This document shows, piece after piece, positions 37,301-50,929 of a DNA stretch of 64,000 nucleotides. The stretch lies in the NCBI GenBank assembly GCA_046563655.1, contig CM102283.1, positions 2,232,001-2,296,000 on the forward strand. The letters are read 5' to 3'. Every line of letters starts with the position of its first letter. Position 1 is the stretch's first letter. The notes under the pieces are model-generated. The model saw nothing but the letters and a program-made list of their open reading frames with translations. It did no database searches and was not told the origin of the DNA. Origin of the DNA: Yuukianura sp. NJ FZ-2021. Lineage: Eukaryota. Position numbers and translations under genes: made by a program.

Positions 37301-37522
37301 TTGAGAAGTCACACTGTGGATTCTGAGGGGCCCTTGAAGGATGATGGACTGATAAAACTAGGTTACAGGAAAGTGCTTGGGCCGAAAGAGGTCAAAGGTT
37401 ACTGCTTCTCTTCCAGTGGAAACCATTATACACATTGGGAAAATATGCCGTTTAGGTTGGACGCTATAACGAATCGAGGTCATTGCAGAAAACAAAAGAA
37501 TAGCTTTTGTAACATTCTATAA
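31390..37522 (+). CDS. RAB23: Ras-related protein Rab23 (~365 aa, extended C-terminus)
   Basis: Exons 31390-31437 (MKGYLIEDDDLEIAMK), 35698-35982 (GNGSVGKSSMIQRFCRGVFTRDYKKTIGVDFLER, WDTAGQEEFDAIT..YYRGA), 36231-36313 (NKFD), 36841-37522 (RTSVKEDLNV..CNIL*). Confidence 0.93.
34322..35167. mobile_element. Non-autonomous hAT-like DNA transposon (MITE) in Rab23 intron 1
   Basis: TIRs cagaggggcaaaa / ttttgcccctctg and a perfect 8-bp TSD ttggtaag at 34314-34321 and 35168-35175. Confidence 0.9.
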
Positions 37523-38048
37523 AGCGACACCTATGTGTAAGAATGCAAGCGTCTGAGGTCAAAGGTCATAGATTACCTAAATAATCTAGTTTATTTAAGT
37601 TAACTTATATAAAGTTATGAAACTTTGTACAGTGCTATTTACAGTTAAGGTTTACGAAGACGAAGTAAGTTTAAAATGCCTGAGAAAACATGAAATTGTT
37701 TAAACTGACGCATTCGGAACTTCAAATTGCTTCCAAAGTATTATTTACATTTAGTTTTAGAATTACGAAATTTTAATAAATTAGAAAAAGTGACTGTTTT
37801 GAAATCAATTCGTAGCTCACATGAGAGATTTCAGCTTGAATTTATAGTTTTTGAAATTTTTCGAAATTTTGATTAACTGCTTTGATTCTGACAAAATACT
37901 GCAAGCGAAAATGCCCTCCTTCTTTTTCAATTTTACAATTTCAACTCAGCAGGATCTTCCGAACTTCGTCTGTGATTTTTTTTGTTTGATACGATGGTAA
38001 ATTGGAAATTTTTCTTTTGTGTCCATTTGATTGTTGTTTTTTTTTTCT

Positions 38049-39743
38049 TTACTTCTTGCGCCCTCCTCCTCCCATGGCCAGGATTTGTGCAATGCGAATG
38101 AAAATATTGATTGTGTCCAAATAAATTCCGATTGACCTTGAAAGTAAAACAATTGACAAATTCAGACATTCATACATGAAATGGAACACAGTGATATGAG
38201 AATAAATGTATATAGTAATTAGTAAGCAGAAAAAATTACTGATTGACTGGATCATATTCGTGGTTGACTGGAGTTAGTTCGGCGATCTTGATAATACGTT
38301 GCGTGTCATACAGAAGAAATGCTAAAAATCAAAAAAAAAAAATCAATCCGGATACATTCATCAGGAACTTTTTTCATTTATGTTTCAATGCTCACCGCTG
38401 AAAAGGACAAGGCCTCCATAGAGCGAGATTGAGAACAGCCCAGCTCCCAGAGCAGTTGTAGGAGGTAGAAACATGGAACCTGGTGGACAACAAGTTTAAG
38501 CACTGATTAATTTAACTTAAGCATGGAAAATCTAAGTTATGCTGAACAATGATAAACGAATTAACGAACCGAGAGACGATGCAAAGACAACTCCAAGACC
38601 AATTGCCAAAGGACCGCCCATGTTCAAGAACTTCTCACTCGGAGCACAAACTGCCAATGTTGAAAGACCGCCTGACGAAAAAAGCAAAAACATTGTTTTC
38701 TCATTCGAGTTGAACAATGATAAAGAAATAAAGGGAAAGTGTAATTTGACTTCACGTACCAATTACTCCAGCGGTCATCACTGCCTGTGGTTTCATTCGA
38801 AGGATATTAAAACTTCAATTCAAAGTGGATTAATTAACCAATAGTCTATGTTGTATACAAGCTTACGGCTCTTAGCATAATGGGACCGCCCACCATACAG
38901 AGTGGGGCCAAAACAACGCCCATCACTCCAGAATGTGCCATCCAAGCCATTTGCTTCGTTCCAAAACCAGGTGAGTATGGAATCGATCTGAGATACAAAA
39001 ATCGCTGTTAATTAGTTATCAGTCCGTATGCATGACACTGGAGGGACAAATCCTGTGTTGCTTACCTGCAAACCATCTGAGTCCCAATCAAAGCCACCAA
39101 GCTCCCACCGATGACGAGCTGAAAGCAACAAGAGTTGTTGCAAAATCGACGTTTTTTGTACGTTTTCTAGTAGTGCACTGCTCAATCTTACCCAAGAGTT
39201 TTTCGACATCAGGTTCATCATTGCTGGACTGCGGAAGGCAGCAGCAGCACTGGCAGCAGTGACGATAATTGATCCACCAAAGTACTGGTAAGTTGCGTGA
39301 ATTCTGTCACGAACGAACTGTGGCCACACCATGGATCTCTCAAGGGCTCCAGCTTCGTTGGAAAATCCAAGTCCATAGTAACAAAGAGCTCCAAGTCCAA
39401 ATGCTGATGCTCCGATCAGTACTCCTTGACCTTTTGTAAAGAAATCAGAATTAAATCACAGTAATCATCAGTTTCTCCTCAATTCAGCTGGTTAGCTTCA
39501 ATTACCGACTCCGAAAGGTGCTCCACTGGTGGGTTGCATCATCCGTTCCTTGATGCCCATCTTCTCTTTGGCTCTTCGAATGAAATGCTTGTCTGCACGC
39601 AACGTAGCATCGGTTTTGAAGTTTCGAGCGAAGTTTGCGGGATTCAGTTGCAGTTTCACGGTATTGCCAAGCGAATAAGCCCGATTGAAAGCTTCAGGTG
39701 TCCGAAGGGATGTACAAAGGATCCGAGAGGCCTGGGACAGCAT
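38049..39743 (-). CDS. GHITM: Growth hormone-inducible transmembrane protein (TMBIM5, Bax inhibitor-1 family), multi-exon
   Basis: Mitochondrial-type leader; WPQFVRDRIHATYQYFGGS, GGLSTLAVCAPSEKFLNMGGPLAIGLGVVFASS, YDTQRIIK, YDPVN, IYLDTINIFIRIA..GGRKK*. Confidence 0.93.
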
Positions 39744-40369
39744 CTTGGAAACTCCGAAATAGTCGGCTATACTGAAAGGACAACGTTAATCGATTAATCA
39801 TGGATTTTATCAAAGCGACAATCAAATTACACGAGCATAAACAACAAAAATTACGTACCGTTAAAAGTTTGATCAGCTGACAGATACTTCTAAGTCGAGG
39901 TAAAAAACAGACCTTCGCCAAATCCAAAAAATCAAGGTTAATTATTAATCGAAGCAACAATTTATCGAACGCAAGAAACCAACCTTACGATAAACGATTT
40001 TGTTGATGACAAAGAACGAAATGACAAGCAAAAAAACTGAAACCAGAAAACGAAAACGGAGAAGAGAAAATAAAGTTACGTAATTCAAAAAACTTCTAGA
40101 AAATTTTATGAATTTCGCGGGCAAACAATTTCTTGCGTCTGTTTCTAAGAGCAACGAAATCAAGGCGTCAGTTTCGTCGAAAATTATTAAGGTTCAATTT
40201 TACAAATTCCAAAATTTCAAAACTGTATTTTAGATGGAAAATTCGAGTGTATGAGTAACATAACTCCAAATTTCAAAATGCTAGAAGTGGAAAATTCGAA
40301 GGTGTGTTAATTTAGTTAATTTATTTATCCATTTATGCTTAAAATTTATTAATTTATTCTAAAATTGAA

Positions 40370-43300
40370 TTACTGAGTGTACACTCGACGCAGTTTTCCA
40401 GCTCCAGCCATTGACCCACCAGGATGCATTAGAAGATGATCTGTAGGCGTTACCCGGCGACCGGAAGATGACGACGAAATGATGCTGGATCGGAACGTTT
40501 CTCCTCGAAGCGAAGCTCTCATGTTGTTTCGTCGTTGAACTGGAGTTGGTTCCACTGGTTCCATCGGTTCTTCATCTTCTGGTTTCGGCCTAGTAATTAA
40601 TTCGATTAATTAAAATTTTGAAAAGCTACTTGTTTGACAATTTGTAATTTTCAAAATTTTCCCAAATTGGTTACTTGGCACAGAGTGGACAGTTCCAGAA
40701 ACTTTGATGCTTGCCAAAATCTTCTCCCTCTTCCAAAGTGTTCGGCAAGTCCTCTCCGAGCGTTTCCGGAAGAAACAGGCACGCTGTACCCGAAATGCAT
40801 GCGAGAATCCCGAGCAGAGTCAGCGACAGCGTAGGATTAGTCCGACCCTGGAAATTTTGAACTTGACCTTTGACCTTGACATAGTTAACATAAACCTAAA
40901 CTAGCATAATACACGGACTTACCAAAGAGGCAATGAACGGAGAGACGATGGAGGCAACGTAACCCATGATGTGAATGACGTTGACACCTTGAGCGCGGAT
41001 GACCGTCGGCAGGAGTTCGGCAGCATACTGGAGTCCAATGTTAAAAGCGACGTTGACAAACAATCGACTTATTAAGGCCGTCACCAGAGCCAAGGTCACC
41101 ACTTCAAGTATACAAAAAGGTATTACCACAAAGTCATTCGCCGAAAAGGTCACAGGCAAGGTTCCTTGACAGCCAAATTCAACTTTGTTTAACAGGTTAC
41201 GCAATAACTCAAGTTTTCAAAAACTTTGAGTCCAACAATTTTTTCCACTTTTTTTGTTTTTTCCCCTTTTCTGCTTTGAATTTTATCAATTGAAAAGTCC
41301 AAGGTTCGTAAACCAAAAAGGTAGCACGCCATTTCGCCGAATCATTTACTACGAAGCGCATTTCGACGAATGAATTTCGTCGAAACGAATTACTACGAAA
41401 GTCGATTTACTACGAAAGGTACTTTACTTCGAAATCGAACTACACCGAAACGAATTACTACGAAAGTCGCTTTACTACGAAAGTCGCTTTACTACGAAAG
41501 TCGCTTTACTACGAAAGTTGAATTACTACGAAAGCCCAAAAAGATGTGGTTGAAGTAAACTTGGGCGGCCAGACTGTCCCCACCCGTTTTTAATTTTCGC
41601 GCTGTTTCCATTGTACCCACCCAGTGTCCCCACCGGATGGATACATTTGTCCCCACCACAACCAAAAGTAGTACGTCCACCTAGCGGTAATACAATAACC
41701 TTTGAATTCAAGCTGGCAACGTTCTTTACTTTTTGATTTGGTAAATCCTATTATATTTTCCCGCGCCGAAGGCGCGGCGTTAGGTTTGGTTTTACTTCTA
41801 TCACATTAACAATTACTATTAAACGTTAAATTTAATGTTAGGTCGTAGTAATTTAACTTTCGTAGTAATTCAAGTTTCGTAGTAAAGCGACTTTCGCTGT
41901 AATTTAACTTTCGTAGTAAAGCGACTTTCGTAGTAATTCGTTTCGGTGTAGTTCGATTTCGAAGTAAAGTACCTTTCGTAGTAAATCGACTTTCGTAGTA
42001 ATTCGTTTCGACGAAATTCATTCGTCGAAATGCGCTTCGTAGTAAATGATTCGGCGAAATGGCATGGAACCAACAAAAAACAACAACGTTTTTTCTACAC
42101 CTAGTCACACAGTGTTGTAGGAAATAGAATTCGGTTGTAGAACCTTGGAAAAGCCCATCTCTCTGAATTTTTTAAATTCCATTTACCACACGAATCGCAA
42201 TTGGACCTTGGCGAATTCAGTTTAAATTTTGTGCAAAAACTTAAAAGTGGAGTTATTGCCTAACCTGTTAAAGAAAAGTATTTCATTTTTTATAAAAGTC
42301 ATTGCTTACTTCCCTGCGGGAGAAAGGCAGAAGCAAGGCTAAACCCTCCGGATAACATCATGGCAGTGAAGGCCAGCCAACGTCGCCCCACACGATCCAG
42401 AGTGAAGATGACCAACATATCTGCAGGAAACTCCGTACTTGATGCAATTGCAAACGAAATGAAAACGTTGTCACCCAGATTCAAAATCTGAAAAATTTCG
42501 TGTCATTTCGAAAATTATTTTCAAAAATGAAGAAATGTATGAGATATAGCAAACTTACGTTTCTTGAATGTCCATCGTAAACCAATGCAATCAAAGCCCT
42601 AAAAACACAACTTTGAATTTATAATTCCCAAAATTTCGGAATTTCAAAATGCAAAACTTACCAAATGATTGTAAGGAAGAGAAAGTTTTTGGCAATTCTC
42701 GGTTTCTTGAAAGCTTCTAGAAGACTTGGTTCAACTTCTTGCGAAAATTCTTCGTACAATTTGTTTGCACCATCCTAAAATTAAAATTTGTGTTAAATTA
42801 TGTCACTGTAAACTAAACGTTGTAAACCTAACAAAATTTTAACTTATGTTGTATAGTTACCTCAAATTCCACAAATATCTCTTCCGAAACATGTTTTCGA
42901 TTCACTTTGGCAAAACTTCGAAGAATTTGTGTTGCTTCTCTGGCTCTACCTTTTGACAACAACCAACTAAATTCAGAAAGTTCCAAAATCGCAATTAATA
43001 AATTTTCCAAAATCGAAATTTTTTTGCAAAAAACAAAAAAAAAAAAAAAAACAAAAAAAAAACAACAACAAATTTTAAAAATACCGTGCGCTTTCCGGAA
43101 CAATGCAAATGGCTCCCAGAGCCAGTGACAACGGTAAACTAATTGCGAGAGCATAGATTATCCAATTCTGAATTGAAAGAGCAAGTGCCGGAAGTAACAG
43201 CGTTCCAATCGTGTAGAAAACAGCAATGGACAAATTGGCAACTAAAGTACGATATGTCGGACCAACATACTCCAGAACTACAAAACCAAAAAAAAAATGA

Positions 43301-44987
43301 CCTTGACCTTTGACCTTTTGAAGTAACATGTCATCAGCTTACCCAGAATGTAGATCATGGTGAAACAGTTGTCAAAGGCCATGCCAGTGATGAATCGAAA
43401 AACCAAAAAAACGTAAAAATTTTGGTAAAAGACGGCCGACAGAGCGCCACCTACACATCCAAGGACGTTGGCTGTAACAAGGGCTGGAACTCTGCCTCGA
43501 CTGAATTATAATATATAAATTATAATATACTATTATTACACATATTATAACAATTCAGGTCACAAAGGTCAATGACCTTAAATTTTCTTTTAGAGTTCAA
43601 ATGACTAAAGCGTAAGGACTCAAACCTGTCTGCTATGAATCCAATCCCAATGCCACCAATAATTGCACCGACTGTAAAAAAATAAATTGCAATTAATTAA
43701 TGTATTAATAATTATATTATATATAAATAATAATTTTTAATAAGTTCTGTGTTGGTACGGTAAAAGACGGCATTGGCTATGGTGATTCTCAACTCTGGAT
43801 TGCAAAGCCACTGTCCATCAGGATTCTAAAATTTCAAAAAATATTGAATATATTTTAATATTGTTAATGTATTTTATATACTACATTATATTATAGTAAT
43901 TAGATTATATATTTATTTTTTACCTCCATCACTAAGGTGTTATAAGGTACATTGCCCTCTGAAGCAGTTTTTACAGTTCTATCCCAATCCCAATCCCGAC
44001 AACGTTCCAGTGTGGTCCAAGATGGCGCTGAGGCGGGAGATCCAAATTTCCCGCGCTCTCTTGCGTCACGTGTCCGCGTTAAATTGGCAATGCTCTGTGC
44101 ATTGATGCTCACGTTTGGAAGAAGCCGTAACTGAACAGGTCGAGTAGGGCAGGTCCTGTTTCTGGACTGCGCAGAAGCAGAATTTGATGGTTTAGGTGTC
44201 GTCCCGCCAGGTTTTGGCCGTTGATTACCCGTTCCGGGTGATCCACGACCACTGCCGGGTTCCGGTCGGCCAAAGTCGGGATTCTTCGGTTTTTTAGTCG
44301 GAGGACTCGGACGAGGTGGGGCAGTGGTATAGTAATGGCGGTATTTGTAGTCATCGTCGTTGTCTTGCTTGTATCCGTGTCCATAGTAACCGTCATTGGT
44401 ATCAGGTGGTGATGGATATGGACGAGCATAGCGTCGATTTCGAATTGAAAATGCTTGGTTTGTATCGGCATGGTAGTCACAAATTTCGTTCGGGTTTCGC
44501 CGGAGTAGGACGGAACATCTCAAAATTAAAAATTCAAAAAGTTTAAATGAGGCGGCAAATTTTGAATTTAGCTTTAGTTTGAATTTAGAAAAACATTTGC
44601 TTTTTACTTACGACTGTTGTGCTTGTGACACAAATTCTTGAGCTTGGTCGGGTTGCCAAGTGAAGGTCATGCAAGGGTCAAAGTCTGCGTTTGGAATTAC
44701 CCATGGAACGGACAGGTTCCGTCTGAAATCAAAAGTAAACTTGGAGATATGCGCAGAACTCTACTTTTTAACTGCGCAGAACCTAACCTTTGTACAGTAG
44801 TTAGTCCGAGGGTGTTAATGCATGGATTTTCCTGACACCAGTACACTCGTGGGTACAAGTAGAAGAATAGTTGACCAAAGAGGACAAAGGTCACGAACAT
44901 TGCAAAAGGCGCTTGGAACAGAAACAGAATCTTCTGGTAAAGCCCAAACTCCCCTACATGCACCAGCATCATATCGAAATCAATCAT
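40370..44987 (-). CDS. SLC22 organic cation/carnitine transporter-like (MFS), multi-exon
   Basis: MIDFD..L.HVGEFGLYQK, EYVGPTYR, VPES..WLLSKGR, DRVGRR, QYAAELLPTVIRAQG, LPET.G..LP motifs across exons; likely last exon 40370-40590. Confidence 0.9.
41188..42272. mobile_element. Outer inverted-repeat element (MITE family A) in SLC22 intron
   Basis: tttaacaggttacgcaataactc (41188-41210) versus gagttattgcctaacctgttaaa (42250-42272) is a 22/23 inverted match; the same ends occur at 52946-53197. Confidence 0.7.
41320..42071. mobile_element. Inner foldback MITE with ~200-bp TIRs built of ~15-bp subrepeats (actacgaaagtcgcttt)
   Basis: 41320-41532 is the reverse complement of ~41845-42071 (gccatttcgccgaatcatttactacgaagcgcatttcgacgaa); internal gcgccgaaggcgc hairpin. 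Confidence 0.88.
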
Positions 44988-46817
44988 GATGAACAACTTT
45001 TACTGAAAGTTGACACACTCTATTCTAATTTTAATTAAAAATTTAACTTAATTTATACTTAAACTGATTTTAATTAGATAATTTGAATTTAAAGGTGTGC
45101 CGGTGACAGTGACAATGACTACACGAAAGAGCACAGAAAACAGTTTACGTTAGTTTGATTGATTTAGAAGGTAAATTCTGGCCAAATTTCTATCAAATTG
45201 CAAAGCGGTTTTCCGTATCCGTTTGATTACCCCGCAGTCATTTCCGTTAAGCCCAAACTTTTTAGACTTTTTACAATTTCCATGAAATATTTAGCACTAC
45301 GTTCGAAATGTAAAGTACAAACTCATTTTTTTTTAACGAAAAAGCCCGATTTTTCAATTTGCTTTAAAAATTAAAACCGAAATAAATTCATGAGAAAAAT
45401 TTAACACAAAAGTTAATAAACGGGTTTACTTGAGTAGCGAAAGATGAACAGCGAATTTTAAAAGTTTTCGAAAAATGTGGACCATAGTGGGCAAAATTTC
45501 ATTTTATCCAAATTTGTGCTTTTCTAAGGTTATGATTTAATTATCCAGTTCTTCGGAAATAAATTTCTGGAGGAACGCTGTTTTTTTACTTACAACCATA
45601 GACTATTTGTTTTCATCTTGTATACCGTAAAATAGGTGTTCTATTCGGAAATTTACAGTATCTAGCGGGATGTCATGTTAACCCATTGATGGGTTACAAG
45701 ATGTACGTCAATCTTAGCGACTTGATGAGACAAACAAATCATATTGGTCTTATCGTTATCAGTGATCGATGCGGATGGCTTTGCCTCTGACACGGAAGGA
45801 AGATGCGGCTCATCTGCTGGGGGCGAAGCCCCAGCAAGCATGCGCTGCATGCTTTTTAATTACTAATACTTCCAGTTCCAATACAACTAGGACGGGTACA
45901 TGATTAGGGGGGTGTTCCTTAAGTCAACCGGAACGCCATATTCTACTATGGCAAAACGGAGTGCATTAGTTTACAAAACATGGATTTTAGAAGCAAAGAA
46001 TTGCCATTTCTTTCGAATCGCAATAAATACAGCCTGACTTTTCACATTTGCTTTTGCTTTTATGACTTATAAGCATAGCCAATGGTGAAACACCATTCAA
46101 AAAGTATATCCTCCGTGAATCCATCGTCTTCACTTCACTTGTTCTTCATCCTCATTTCATCATTTCATTTCATTTTCGCTATCAAACATTCGTCGGTAAC
46201 AGGAATATTGCGGTACACCAATAATTGTAACACTTGGAGCTGTGTCAGATCATCAGTCAATTACTAATCTGTAAGCTAACCCTCTATAATTGTTATTCTT
46301 ATTATTGACCAAACCTTGTGTAGTATGTTGTTCTTGCATCCCTCAGCTGACCAACGATTTGGAATTCCGACAAGGTGTGCAATAACGGTGCAGCTAACGG
46401 GTCTCCTGTTTTGGCAACAAAATACAAAAGGATCCATTGGTGCATTGATCTTCTCGGTAAGATAAAGGTAAATAACCATAACTACTCAACACGATGATAT
46501 TCAAATGGAGTTCAGTTTGATCAATCAAATGATTTTCAGGTGAAGGTGACGGTGTATTATTTGTGTGTATATAACTAATATGAGATGCGGGATGAAAAAC
46601 ATTTTGAGCAGTTGTCAAAATGTTTGTTACCTAATGCAGCTAACCTGTGTTAGTTTATAGTTTAAAGTTTAAGTTTCAAGTTGTGAGGTGAAGTGAAACA
46701 TGGCGACAAAGTCGGTCGTCTTCAGTGAATTGAAACGATTCCCTTCTGGAACCGTAGTTTTCAATTTAATTGTTGAACACACTAGTCAATCACTCACTCA
46801 CAGTCTTCCGAAAGTAC

Positions 46818-49800
46818 ATGGAGGATGATAATGGGTAAGACGTAAATGGGAAATTGATTATGGGTGGAAGGTTATTGGAGGTTGGACAAACGGTAGGTAA
46901 TTGATGAAAATCTCCTCGTGCGTTATTTAGTTAACAGATGGCAATTGTAGTAGTACGTAAGTTCTAAGATATAAATGTTTATCCCGTCGGATATCAATTG
47001 AGATGAGAGACGATAAGTGGAAGTCATAATGTGTTATGTTTTCATTACTTCCTTAGGATAAGCAGTGGCTTCCGGGACTGGTACATCGACAAGATGGATC
47101 CGGACAGCTCTACGGGCGGACTAAACGAGAATTCGGAGAGTGGGGAATTGGATTCTCTGCCAGGAGATGCTGAGTACCATTTCAACAGTAATTCCCGGGA
47201 TTCGCTGTCTAAGCAGAGCATGAACTCTGAGCGTACAAACATCGATGCTTTAGACGACACCGCTCGTGACACAATCATTGTGCCACCACTGGATGATTCC
47301 AGCAGCTCAACGAGTCTCAAACGTCATCCGAATTCAGTTCTAAAAGGAGGAGAGGAGCAGGATCACGATCTTCTGGACTTTGGAGGTGACGACGATGGAG
47401 AGAAGGAGGAAGGGGAAGAGGACGATTCTGATGAAGGAGAACTTCCAGATGATCCGAGTAGTGACGAACGATCTGCCGGAGAACTTTCGAGTCATTCAGC
47501 AGTCGACTGTGAACGTTCTACGGCTGGTCTGGAAGATGGAGAAGTTGACGACGATTGTCCTCCACAAGCTACGGGAAAACGAATGATCAAAACGTCAAAA
47601 ATTCGTGAAAAGGAGGAGCCTATTGGCGATGAACTGGAAGAAGGCGAAGTGTCAGATGACGAGGAACGGCGAAATAAGGGACCGATGCCTATTTGCAGAT
47701 TTTTCGGTAAAGGACAATGTACTTGGGGAACTAATTGCAGGTACGCTGTGTTGTAGATCGTTTTAGCTTTGGTTAATTAATCATAAGTTAATTAACTTCG
47801 GTTTTAACTGTGTTACAGGTTCCTTCATCCTGGAGTCATTGACAAAGGCCTGTACACGATGTTTGACAAAGTGAAGCCACCACCTCCGCCTGTGCCACCA
47901 ATGTTCCTTCCAAAGCCGGGTTTACTTGGACATGCTCCACCGAATTTTTTAATGCCACCAGCACTTCGGATGGAGCCGCCCATCATTGAAACTCCGTGGG
48001 AACGGGCACAGAGAGAAGCAAAAGAGGTATATTCGTACATTCTTGGTGCGAAATTTTAAAGATATTTCACTTCACATTCTCACTTCGAGTGCTAAATTTT
48101 TATAGCTCATAAAACAGTCTGAGAAAATCAAGGAGACAGACATCGACTTTGAAGATAAGAAAATGAATTTGACACTGACACAAGAAGAGTTCGATAAAGA
48201 AAATGACTACTACGTTAAGAAGCTTGGAACGCCTGAAAGAGAGCCACCACCGTAAGACTTCGCTTTCCTTTTCACACGTTAATCGATTAACTCAACGTAT
48301 TTTTAACTTAATAGTGAAGACTTGGAGCCAGAAATCAATGAATGGGATCTTCCATCGCGGCGTCCTTTCCCGCCAAAAATTGATCCCAACTTTGTCCGTG
48401 AGAGAGTTCATCACTTGAAACCACCAGGACGGGGCCTACGACAAGCTCCACCACGTGATTCTATCAGAGAAGCTCCACCCCTACACGAACCAGAGGTAAT
48501 CTTTGGCCTAATGAAGCAAGTACCACAGAAACTTACTGTTTACTGTACTGCAAGGATAATTCCATATACTGGAAGTATCGTTAATGAATATTGTTGGGTT
48601 TGATCAGGTTCGTATGGTAAGGGAGTCGAATCTGCGAAGACCTTCTCGCTTTCATCATCCTGACTCTCCACCTCCAGTCGGTCGAGTTCCACGAAGAAGT
48701 GGCAGCTACGAAGAGTAAGAAATTCGTGTTCATCGTGAACGTCAATGACCTTGACCTTAATAAGTATGTATTGTGCTTATTAGGGAAGCTGAACCACGTC
48801 GTGTAGGCCGTGACCGAGGAAAGCCAAAGGATGACTGGCATGATCCTTGGGCCAGACCACACGAGCACAAATCTGGGAAGCGGACGAGCTTATCCAAAAG
48901 GTCACGAAGCTACTCCAGTGCCTCGTCAAGGTCATCTTCTTCATCTTCCCAGTTCTCTAAAAGTACTAAGAGCAGCAAGTCCAGGTCGAGGTCAAGGTCA
49001 CGAAGCTCAAAGTTTTCCAAGGGATCACCCAGGCAGAGGAAGACGAAGGAAAGCGTTGTCAGAAAAGCTCCGCCACGACGGCTATCACCTAAGCCCAGTA
49101 AGTTCTGTGTACAATTGAAATATTTTTTTGCAATTTTTTGCAGAAATGTGCAAAAAAAAAAAAAAAAGTTCTGAAGCTTGCAATGTTTTTATGCTTTTCT
49201 TATTTTTAGTGCGAATTGCTCCACCACTTCCATCGAAAGATGATTTTGGAGACAGACGAGATGGATTTGGTTTCGGACAAGGACAACAAGGTTACAATCG
49301 TCCTCCACGATATGCCCCGCCTCCCCCACCAATTCGAGGAGGAAGTGGTGGCGGGATGAAGGATCGGATGAACGATAAGCCTCCACCTAACAAATTCATG
49401 TAAGAGCTACACTCACCTCTTCAGCGTTCCGATTAACTTTTACATGCTTTTACATCTTTTTGTTTGTCATTTTTTAGGAAAGAACGAGAGATGAGAGGCT
49501 CGAAGCGGCCACTGCTGGAGAGTTGGACTGCTCGATCTTCATCTTCCCGGTCACGTTCAAGAAGTCGCTCATTTTCAAAGACTCCGCCTGTCAAACGTGG
49601 ACCTGGACCGAAGCGATCCAAGTTCTCACGAGAGCGATCTCGCAGCAAATCTGTGTCTCCGAGGAAACACCGATCCTGGTCAAGGAGTTCAAGCTCGTCT
49701 TCACGAAGTTCTGTAGATAAGTTCGGACCAGCTCCGGCACTAGCTAAGCGTAAGAAATTCAAAAGCCTTTCGAAAGAACATTTTTTTAAGTTGAAACTTG

Positions 49801-50617
49801 AAACTCGTTTTTTTAAATTGTTAGAGCGAACTTTTCCTGACCTGGATAAGGATAAAGAAAGGAAGCCGAAAATGGCTCTTGACAAAAATGCGCTCGTGAA
49901 GCCAATCAAGACAGAGCCAAAGGATGAACCGCGACCCAGAATTAAAACGGAGGTAAATTCAAAACTAACGTTGACCTTGTTGATCTTTCCCGCTCAAAAA
50001 TTTCATTCGAAACAAAGTGACTACTTTTCATCATACGACACAAAGTGGACATTTGTATTCATACGAGACAATGAAGTCACTTTTGTAACAAAAGTTTTGT
50101 TAACTCATGTTTTTTGTTAGCAGCAATCCAAAGCCAAGGTGAAGATGACGTTGAAACCTTCAAGTGGAATCAAGATGAATAAAAGTATTTTGGATAAATT
50201 GGCCGATGATGTCATGGGTAAGAAAGTTCAAAATTATAATTGACACCTCTACTCTCAATTGCTTTACAAGGAAACGCTTATTAGTTTCCATTCATTCAAC
50301 TTACGTGCTCCTGCATCAGTTTTTCGCAAAAAGTGATTGACTCATGTGGAGCTTCATTCATTCAATCAATGACTCCCCGTTTTCCTGTTTTTCATGTTTG
50401 TTTTCATGTTTTTTGTGTGTTGTCCTTAGGTGTTGATGATGATGACAATTCCAATCCACGAAGTGGTGGTGGAAATTCAAGAACTGCTTCAGGCGATGAA
50501 GACCAACATCAACAAGCGGCTCCTGGACGCATGAAACAGTCCCGAAGAGAAGAACTGTTGAAGCAATTACAAAAAGTCGAAGAGGCAATTGCCAAAAAAC
50601 GATCCAAGATTTCATAA
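46818..50617 (+). CDS. ZC3H18: Zinc finger CCCH domain-containing protein 18 (NEXT/PAXT-CBC adaptor), multi-exon
   Basis: Acidic N-term with ELEEGEVSDD, ICRFFGKGQCTWGTNCRFLHPG, ETPWER, DDWHDPW, RS-rich region, C-term SRREELLKQLQKVEEAIAKKRSKI. The start is either micro-exon 46818-46834 or the ATG at 47094. Confidence 0.9.
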
Positions 50618-50929
50618 AAAGTCTTAGATTTCCTGGAACAAGACTCGAATCTTGAGAGGGAGGGAAAATACTGACTCAAATGTGCGCATAAAATGTTTCT
50701 CTTCCGCCCAGGTCAAAGGTCAAGTCCACCACTTTTCTCATTTATGTTTTTTTTTGTTACAAGTTTAGGTTGAGTGTTTTTAATTAAAAAGCATTGTCAA
50801 AGCGCATGTGCCGGGCAAAAGATGACAATATCAATCAGTGCGACATTTTACTTTTGTTTTAATGTCCAGAAAAACCAGTCTCCAGTGGACTATCCATTAC
50901 ACATGTTTTGTTTAATCATTTTTTGCCGT

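Noticed and set aside
25173-37522. Identical CNIL C-termini in SSUH2 paralog 2 and Rab23 as evidence of exon sharing
   Set aside because: Codons differ (tgc aat ata ctt versus tgt aac att cta); convergent CaaX motif.
41370-42108. ORFs with repeated YYESRFTTK
   Set aside because: They are translations of the MITE's 15-bp subrepeats on both arms.
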